A stretch of 64,000 nt of DNA. Origin: Candidatus Eiseniibacteriota bacterium. GTDB lineage: Bacteria; Eisenbacteria; RBG-16-71-46. Positions 40,335 through 48,231 of this stretch are shown piece after piece. The notes beneath the pieces were generated by a model. The model worked only from the letters and a program-made list of their open reading frames with translations, was not told the DNA's origin and made no database searches. The translations under genes and the position numbers were made by a program. Position 1 is the first letter of the stretch; each line of letters starts with the position of its first letter. The stretch spans positions 2,144,001 through 2,208,000 of the forward strand of contig OY970178.1 of assembly GCA_963707915.1 (NCBI GenBank), in the 5' to 3' direction.

Positions 40335-41868
40335 CGCGCCGCCCTCCCCAGCACCGCCGCGGCGAACCGCGCGGCGCGCCGGTTGTCGGTCTCGACGGTG
40401 ACCCCGGCATCCGCGAGCCGGCGCACCTGCGCGTCGTAGTCCTGCGGGTCCCCGTCGCGTGCCCGTGACCGAGGCGATGGCCACCAGTTCGCGGCCGGGC
40501 GCGCGGCGCCGCGCCTGTTCCACGCCGGCCGCCAGCACGCCCGCCGGGTCCGGGTGCGAGCCGTAGCCGATCACGCAGTCGAAGAGCAGCACGCCGGCCG
40601 CCGCGTCGGCCATCTCGACCGCGAGCCGCTCGTTGCGCAGCCCGGGCTCGATCATCGGGTGCGGCCGCCCGCGCGTGAACACGTCGTCGCCGAGGTCGAG
40701 CAGGACGTGGCCGGCGACGGGCGCCACGCCGTCCACCCGCAGCGCGCCCCTCTTGTGCAGGTTCGAGCGCACCTCGAGCCCGGCGCGGGTCGAGCAGCGC
40801 GAGCGCCTCCTGGCCGGTGGTGCCCCCGCAGAAGAGCGCCTTGAGCGCCGCGCCCGGCCGCAGCAGGGCGGCCGCCGCCGCGACGCAGGACTCGTCCGCG
40901 ATCGCCGGCGGCGGTGCGGAGGCCAGGCCGCTGCGCCGGCACGCCAGCTCCGCCGCGTCGGCCAGCGAGTCGGCGAAGACGATCCCTCGGGCCGCATCCT
41001 CCGCGCGCGGAACGTCTCCGACGAAGTGGACCACGCACGGCTTGCGCGTGGCCGCCAGCGCGTCGACCACCCGCTGCGCCACCTCCGCCGCCGGCGGCTT
41101 CGAGACGACGACGATCACCTTCGTCTCCGGGTCGGCCGCGAGCGCCTCGATGCCGAGCAGCATCATCAGCCCGCCGACCTCGGCCGAGAGATCGCGCCCG
41201 CCCGTGCCGATGGCCTGCGAGACTCCGCCGCCCAGGCGGTGGATGACGCTCGAGACCTCCTGGATGCCCGTGCCCGCCGCGCCCACGATGCCGATCGGCC
41301 CGCGCCGCACGGCGTTGGCGAAGGCCAGCGGCCGGCCGCCCAGGATGGCGGTGCCGCAGTCGGGGCCCATCAGCAGCAACCCGCGCCCGGCCGCCTCCTG
41401 CTTGAGCGCGACCTCGTCGGCGAGCGACACGTTGTCCGAGAAGAGCATCACGTGCCGGCCCAGCGCGAGCGCGCGCCGCGCCTCGCGGGCGGCGTGCTCG
41501 CCGGGCACGGAGATGAGCACCAGGTTCGCCGCAGGGTGGGACGCGACCGCCGCCGCGAGCGACGACGGCCGGGCCTCCTCGCCCGCGCCGGCGTGCGACT
41601 GCGCCTTCAGCAGCCGCTCCAGCTCCGCCTCGACCGCCGCCGGCGAGTCCGCCGCGCCCTTCACCGCGATGAGCAGGTCGTTGGGCGTGGCGCTCGCCAG
41701 CTCGGCGCCGCCGTAGCCCTGCGCGCCGAGCAGGTCGCGGTTCTGCGGCGTGCCCATGGCGACCACCGCGTCCTCGACGCCCGCGAGGCCGCGCAGCGCC
41801 TGCGAGACGCGCATCAGCAGGACCGAGTCGTGATACGAGTCCCTGCGGACCAGGACGAAGGCGGCCAC
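40331..41868 (-). CDS. fdrA: FdrA (AllF/YahF)-like protein, succinyl-CoA-synthetase fold; frameshifts near 40790 and 40450
   Basis: YHDSVLLM, ISVPG, FSDNV, MGPDCGT, GAAGTGIQE, GTGGRDLS, DLGDDVFTRGRPHPMI and GYGSHPDPA. Confidence 0.88.
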
Positions 41869-41878
41869 GTCGCCCCCG

Positions 41879-44759
41879 CTACTTCCGGCTCGCGTCCGTC
41901 GCGGACCCGGCCGGCCGCGCCTTCGCCTCCGCGGCGCGCTTGAGCGTCAGGAAGACGCGCTCCGGATCGAGCGGCAGCTCGAAGAACTCGACGCCGGTGG
42001 CGTTCGCGACCGCGTTGCCCACCGCGCCCGGCACCGAGATCATCGGGTGCTCGGCCACGCCGCGCGCGCCGTAGGGCCCCTGCGGATGCGGCGTCTCGAC
42101 GAAGAACTGCCGCATCTCGGCCGGGATGTCCTTGGCGGTCGGGATCTTGTAGTCGGTGAACGAGTTGTTGAGCAGCCGGCCGTTCTGGAACACGAACTTC
42201 TCCATGACCGCCGAGCCCAGCCCCTGCACCACGCCGCCGATCACCTGCATGCGGCACTGCTGCGCGTTCAGCACCTTGCCCGCGTCGAAGGCCGAGACGA
42301 GCCGGAGCACGCGGATGTGGCCGGTGTCGGTGTCCACCTCGAGCTCGACGGCGTGCGCGCCGTAGGTCCAGTTGAGCGCCGGCAGCCCCTGGCCGGTCTC
42401 GCGGGTCGAGGTTGGTGAGGCCGGTCGCGATGTAGCGGCCCTTGCCGATCACCGGCCCGCCGATGCTGCTGCCGTCGGGGTAGGTGTAGCCCAGCACGAG
42501 CTGGCTGTAGTCGAGCGTGCGGGCGGGCTTGCCCTTCACCCAGACCTTGCCCTCGTCGCACTCGATCTGGTCGGGCGGGGCGTGCAGCGCCTGCCCGGCG
42601 ACATCGCGGATCTGGTCGAGGCACTCCTTCGCCGCCTGGATGACGGCGTTGCCGCCCATCACCGAGAAGCGGCTCGCCACCGTCTGCCAGTCGTAGGGCG
42701 TGTAGTCGGTGTCGCTGTCCCACGGCACGCGCACCTTCTCGAGCGGGAGCCGCAGCTCGTCCGCCGCGATCTGCGCGAGCGCGGTGTAGGTGCCCTGGCC
42801 GTAGTCCACGCCGCTCACCAGCACGTTGGCCGAGCCGTCGCCGTTGAACAGGATGGTGACCGAGCACGAGGTGTAGGTCGGCATGGCCGGCGCCTTGTGC
42901 AGCATCGCCACGCCCTTCGCCCGCACCTTGCCGGAGCCCGGCGCGACCGGCTTCGCCGCGCGCGCCTTCGGATCCCAGCCGATCGCCTCGCTGACCAGCC
43001 GCAGGCACTCCTCGGGCCGGCCGTGGCCCGTCGGTGAACGGCTCGCCGGTGATGGTGGTCTCGCCCACGCGCAGCAGGTTCTTGCGGCGGAACTCGACCG
43101 GGTCGATGCCCAGCGCGCGCGCCACCATGTCCATGTTGCGCTCGATGCCCCACAGCACCTCGAGGTGGCCGAAGCCGCGGTAGGCGGTGCCGTGGATCTT
43201 GTTGGTGTAGACCACCAGGGAGTCGAGTCTTGCAGTTCGGGCACCACGTAGGGCCCGGCGCCGGAGTAGGCCGCCGCGCGCCCGACGTTGACGCCGTAGT
43301 CGGCGAAGGCGCCCGCGTCCCACAGGTAGGTGAGGTCGAGCGCGGTGATGCGGCCGTCCTTCGTCACCCCGGTCTTGATGGTGCTCTGCAGGCCCTGGCG
43401 CGAGGGCAGGGTGTTGAACTCCTCCTCGCGCGTGGCGCTGATCTTCACCGGGCGCCCGCCGGCCGCCTTCGACAGGCAGTAGACCAGCGGCTCGAGGTGG
43501 ATGCCGGCCTTGCCGCCGAAGCCGCCGCCGACGTAGGGCACCCGCACGCGCACCTTGCTCGGGGGCCATGCCGAAGGTGCGGCAGAACAGCGTGCGCACG
43601 GTGAACGGCGACTGGGCCGAGGTGATGATCTCGACCTCGCCGTCGGCCCGCGCGGTGGCGATGGCGACGTGCGTCTCCATCGGCACGTGCTGGACCGGCG
43701 GGTTCTGGAAGCGCGAACTCGAACACGCGGTCCGCCTCGGCCATGCCCTTCTCGACGTCGCCCTTGCGGATCTTCTGGTGGTGGGCGGTGTTGCGGCCCG
43801 GCTGCGGGAAGAACACGCCCTTCATCCACGAGTAGTCCGCCAGGCCGGGGTGCACCTGCGGCGCGCCCTCCTTCAGCGCGGCGTGCACGTCGAGCACCGG
43901 CTCCAGCACCTCGTAGTCGATCTCGATCGCCAGCGTGGCGAGCTTGGCCTGGATCCAGGTCTCCGCCGCCACCGCCGCCACCGCCTCGCCCTGGTGGTGC
44001 ACCACGCCGCGGGCGAGGATGTCCTTGTCCTCCATGTAGAGCCCGAGCTTGTAGGGCAGGTCGGCGCCGGTGAGCACCGCCTTCACCCCCGGCATCGCCT
44101 TCGCCTTCGACACGTCGATGCGCCGGATGCGCGCCGAGGGGTGCGGCGAGGTGAGGATGCGGCCGTGCAGCATGCCCGTCCAGCACCATGTCGTGCACGA
44201 ACGTCGCCGAGCCCGTCACCTTGGCCGCGGCGTCCACGCGGTTGACCTCGCCGCCCACGTAGGGCGCGGTGGGCGCCGCCTTCGCGCGGTAGTTCCCCTT
44301 CGCCACCGCCTCGACCGCTTCGATGATGGGCTGGTAGCCGGTGCAGCGACAGTAGTTCCCCGAGAGCGCCTCGACGATCTCGTCGCGCGTCGGGTTGGGC
44401 TTGCGCTTCAGCAGCGCGCGCGCGGAGGCCAGCATGCCCGGCGTGCAGAAGCCGCACTGGATCGCGCCGTGGTCCACGAACGCCTGCTGCAGGGCGGAGA
44501 GCGTGCCCGGCTCGCCGTTCTCGGCCTCGGCGGTCTCGATGACCGCGCCGTCGGCCTCGACCGCGAACACCAGGCAGGAGTTCACCGGCTTGCCGTCCAG
44601 GATCACCGTGCACAGCCCGCACTCGCCGATGTAGCAGCCCGACTTCACGCTGTGCTGGTGCAGGTCCTCCGACAGCAGCTGGTGCAGCGTGCGGTCGGCC
44701 GGGACCTCGAGCGTCGAGGTCTCGCCGTTCACCGTCAGGGTGATGCGGTGGAGGCTCAT
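41879..44759 (-). CDS. Xanthine-dehydrogenase-family molybdoenzyme with fused 2x[2Fe-2S] and Mo-binding domains; about 6 frameshifts
   Basis: GCYIGECGLCTV, QCGFCTPG and NYCRCTGY run in frame into RVDAAAKVTG. Later frames give SPHPSA, HVPMET, YVGGGFGGK, AYRGFG, GQGTYT and GPYGARGVAE. Confidence 0.9.
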
Positions 44760-45608
44760 GACGGCCTCCCCGTCGCCGAGCAGCCGGCGCGCGAGCCGGC
44801 GGCACAGCACGGCGGTCATCTCGCGCCGGTACTCGGCCGAGGCCCGCACGTCGTCGATCGGCAGGATGTGCTCCAGGGCCAGCGCGGCGAGGCGCTCGCC
44901 CACGTCCTTCGGGTCCGACCGGGGCCCCACCCCGGCGAGCGCCGGCACCAGCGCCGGCCGCACCGCGCACGAGCCGATCGCCACGCGCAGCGTGCCCGCG
45001 ACCGGGTCCCAGGCGGCGGCCGAGTTCACGATCGCCAGGTCGTGCCCGTACGAGCGCTTGATCTTGTCGAACGCGCTGGTCAGCCCCGCCGGCCGGCTTC
45101 GGCACGACCACCGCCGTCACCAGCTCGCCGGGGGCGAGCGCGGTCTGCTTGACGCCCAGGAAGAAGTCCGCGAGCGGCGCCTCGCGCGTCCCCTGCGGGC
45201 CCGCGACCCGCAGCCGTCCGTTCAGCACCAGCAGCGGCGGGGCGGTGTCCATGCAGGGCGAGGCGTTCGAGAGGTTCCCGGCGACGGTGGCCCGCCAGCG
45301 GATCTGCAGCGAGCCGATCGCCTCCGCGCCCTCCGCGAGCGCGGTGAAGGCCTCGCGGATGCGCCGTCCTCGGCCACGTCCTGCACCCGCACGCAGGCGC
45401 CGATCTCCAGCTCGCCCGCCGGCGTCCAGGTGATCCTCCCCAGCTCGGGGATGCGCTTGATGTCCACCAGCACGTCGGGTCGCGGACCGCCGCGCAGCGC
45501 GATCATCAGGTCGGTCCCGCCGGCCAGGATCCTCGCGCCCGCCGGCCCGGCCAGCAGCGCGGTGGCCTCGGCCACCGTGCCCGGTCTCTCGTAGCGGAAG
45601 CCACTCAT
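44756..45608 (-). CDS. Xanthine-dehydrogenase-family FAD-binding subunit; frameshifts near 45360 and 45090
   Basis: MSGFRYERPGTV, LAGGTDL, LVDIKRI, IGSLQIRWRATVAGNLSNASP and PIDDVRASAEYR. As assembled it reads in frame into the next gene. Confidence 0.88.
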
Positions 45609-45693
45609 GGTCTCTTCTCCCCTGCGGTCCACGGTCCGGAACGCCGGTGCGCCCGCGGTCGCGAGCGCGCCGCGGGGCACCGGGCGCTTCCGG

Positions 45694-46033
45694 CTAGACG
45701 GCGGTGAAAACCAGCCCGGTGATGTCCTTGCCGTTGGTCTCGCGCACCTTGCCGACGTGCGCCCGCACGCGCGCGCCGGTCTTCGGCTCGGCGATCTCCA
45801 GCCGGCCGGTCGCCCGCACCCCCATGTCCAGCTCGACGATGCCGAGCGTGACGTAGAGCTGGGCGTAGTCCAGCGGCAGCGCGTAGACGCGCGTCCAGGT
45901 CAGCAGCTTGCCCTCGCCCTCGACCGGGACCGGCTCGAACTGGGTGCCGCGGCAGGACGGGCAGTAGAAGTGCGTCGGATACGACGAGCTTGCCGCAGTT
46001 CTTGCACTTGGCGGCTTCGACGTTCATGGCCAT
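45694..46033 (-). CDS. DUF35 Zn-ribbon/OB-fold protein (thiolase partner); frameshift near 45982
   Basis: Reconstructed: AKCKNCGKLVYPTHFYCPSCRG...GEGKLLTWTRV...LGIVELDMGVRATG. Confidence 0.85.
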
Positions 46034-46034
46034 G

Positions 46035-47222
46035 TCACACCCCCCGCTTGAGCACGGTGGCGACGACGTTGTTGCCGAAGCCGCCGAAGTTCACGGCGAA
46101 GCCGTGCTTCGGCTGGTTCGGCACCTGGTAGTCGCCCGCCTCGCCGCGCAGCTGCAGCACCAGCTCCACGATCTGCGACACGCCGGTGTTGCCCACGGGA
46201 TGCCCGCGCGACTTGAGCCCGCCCGACGGGTTGATGGGCAGCTTCCCGCCGATCTTCGTCTCGCCCCGCTCGAGCGCCTTGTGGCCCTCGCCCTTCTTGA
46301 AGAAGCCGCACTCCTCGCTCTCGGCGATCTCGAGGATGGTGAAGGCGTCGTGCAGCTCGGCCACGTCGATGTCCTTCGGCTTGAGCTTCGCCATGGCGAA
46401 CGCCCGCTCCGCCGCCATCCGCACCGCGGTCAGCTCGGTCGGGTCGGGCCGGTCCTGCACCGCCTGCGAGTCGGTCGCCTGGCCCATGCCGGCGATCAGC
46501 ACCGGCGTCTTCTTGAACTCCTTCACCATGTCGGCCGGGGCCAGCAGCACCGCCGAGGAGCCGTCGCTCACCGGGCAGCAGTCGAAGAAGCGCAGCGGCT
46601 CGGCGATCCACGGGTTGTTGTTGAGCGCGTCCGGCCCGGTCAGGATGCCCTCCATCGTGACCGGGATGCGCAGGTGCGCCTTCTTGTTCTTCGCGCCGTT
46701 GAGGTGGTTCTTGATCGCCACCATCGCCAGGTGCCGGGCCTCGACCCCGTAGCGCTCCATGTACAGGCGCGTGAACATCCCCGCCAGCGCGGGCAGCGTC
46801 ACGCCGTAGACGTACTCGGCGTAGCGGTGCGAGAGGTACGAGACGAACTCGGTCGCCTCGAAGTTGTTGACCTCCTGCATGCGCTCGCCGCCGCACACCA
46901 GCACCAGGTCGCAGTAGCCCGAGGCCACGGAGTGCACGCCGTGCTTGATGGCCGAGGCGCCCGAGGCCGGGCCGTTCTCGATGGTCTCGGAGACCGCGTG
47001 CGGGTACAGGTTCATCCGGTCGACGAGCCCGCTGGACAGGCCGGCCATGCGGTTGTTGCGCGGGGCGCCCATGTTGGCGACGTAGACCGCGTCGATCTTC
47101 CGCTCGCCGATGCCGGCGTCCACGATGGCGTCGTGCGAGGCCTCGCACATCATCTTGAGCAGGCTCCACTGGGCCCGCCCGAACTGCGTCGAGCCCACGC
47201 CGACGATGGCCACGTCCCTCAT
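46035..47222 (-). CDS. SCP2/archaeal-type thiolase-family protein lacking the catalytic Cys
   Basis: VAIVGVGSTQFG, KNHLNGAKN, DCCPVSDGSSA, AELHDAF and INPSGGLKSRGHPVG. The nucleophile position reads IENGPASG instead of xExACASG. Confidence 0.9.
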   Translation of the reverse strand: MRDVAIVGVGSTQFGRAQWSLLKMMCEASHDAIVDAGIGERKIDAVYVANMGAPRNNRMAGLSSGLVDRMNLYPHAVSETIENGPASGASAIKHGVHSVASGYCDLVLVCGGERMQEVNNFEATEFVSYLSHRYAEYVYGVTLPALAGMFTRLYMERYGVEARHLAMVAIKNHLNGAKNKKAHLRIPVTMEGILTGPDALNNNPWIAEPLRFFDCCPVSDGSSAVLLAPADMVKEFKKTPVLIAGMGQATDSQAVQDRPDPTELTAVRMAAERAFAMAKLKPKDIDVAELHDAFTILEIAESEECGFFKKGEGHKALERGETKIGGKLPINPSGGLKSRGHPVGNTGVSQIVELVLQLRGEAGDYQVPNQPKHGFAVNFGGFGNNVVATVLKRGV

Positions 47223-47968
47223 ATGCGGGCCTCCAGCGTGTTCTCGATCTGGGTCAGCATCACGCGCAGGTCCGGCTCGCGCAGCGGGTAGGACGAGGCC
47301 AGCAGCTCGGCGGAGACCGGGCGCGTGCCCGTGACCAGCCGCGACTTGGCCTTGAAGTAGGTGTCGCGGGTCAGCACCCAGGCCGGCGCGCCGCCCAGCT
47401 CGTGCTGCACCTCGAACTTCTTGTCGAGCGGGTACTCGATCATCCAGCGACGGTGGCCGATCGGGCTCTCGGCCACGATCCAGACCTCGTCCTGGCCCAG
47501 GTACTCGATGTGGTGCTCCATCTTCGAGGCGAACAGGTGCGAGCCCACCCGCAGCCCGCGCTTGAGCGTCAGCGTGTGGAACGAGACGCCGTGCTTCTCG
47601 TCGAACAGCCGGCCGTTCACGATGCCGGCCAGCACGCCGTCGATCACCCCGACCAGGCAGTACTCGTTGCGCACGCGGTAGGTCTTCCAGCCCAGCAGCT
47701 CGGCGAACAGGCGGGCCGAGACGATGTCGTAGAAGTCGCGGCTCAGCCAGGAGAGCGGCTGGATGACCTTGAGCATCAGGTCCACCTCGTCCACCGAGGC
47801 CTGGCGCACGACCATGGTCTCGCCGCTCGCGAGCAGGACGGCCTTGGGGGGATAGGGGGCCATGGGCAGCACCGGTGGCCGCAACATGGCCTCGAGTTCG
47901 TCGATCATGCGCTCCTCCTCGGAGGTGAGGTACTCGTCGGCATCCCAGTCGTAGACAGGGGGGCTCAT
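47219..47968 (-). CDS. Conserved hypothetical protein, probable GNAT-like fold
   Basis: 249 aa; ATGA overlap with the thiolase. MVVRQAS, YCLVGVIDGVLAGIV and LKRGLRVGSHLF resemble GNAT strands and the R/Q-x-x-G-x-G/A loop. The fold call is inference. Confidence 0.6.
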   Translation of the reverse strand: MSPPVYDWDADEYLTSEEERMIDELEAMLRPPVLPMAPYPPKAVLLASGETMVVRQASVDEVDLMLKVIQPLSWLSRDFYDIVSARLFAELLGWKTYRVRNEYCLVGVIDGVLAGIVNGRLFDEKHGVSFHTLTLKRGLRVGSHLFASKMEHHIEYLGQDEVWIVAESPIGHRRWMIEYPLDKKFEVQHELGGAPAWVLTRDTYFKAKSRLVTGTRPVSAELLASSYPLREPDLRVMLTQIENTLEARI

Positions 47969-48028
47969 CGAAGGCTCCAGGCTGAAACGGGTCGCCCGCC
48001 GGACAGGAAACGGTGGGCAGAACCCGAT

Positions 48029-48057
48029 TCGATACCACTTTCGCGCGGTTCCAGCAA
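48029..48057 (-). promoter_or_regulatory. Possible sigma-70 promoter of the GNAT-thiolase-XDH operon
   Basis: Minus strand TTGCTG-N17-TATCGA with an extended -10 TG, about 60 nt upstream of ATG 47968. The match is weak. Confidence 0.25.
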
Positions 48058-48231
48058 CGAAGTGAGGACTTTCGGGCCATTCGACGGGACCGAAGGACGG
48101 GCGGAACCGCGGATCCCGGTGGGAAGAATCCCGCAGCGGGTCGGGATCGAGGAAGCCACGGGCGGAGAGCGTCGAGCGAGGCGGCCACCCCGGTGTCGAG
48201 GTGGCCGCCCCGTGAACGACCCCTCCCGGTC

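Noticed and set aside
38881..41868. Apparent 995-aa FdrA-DUF1116 fusion
   Set aside because: The middle of the ORF is off-frame nonsense; reconstruction gives two genes with an ATGA overlap at 40331-40334.
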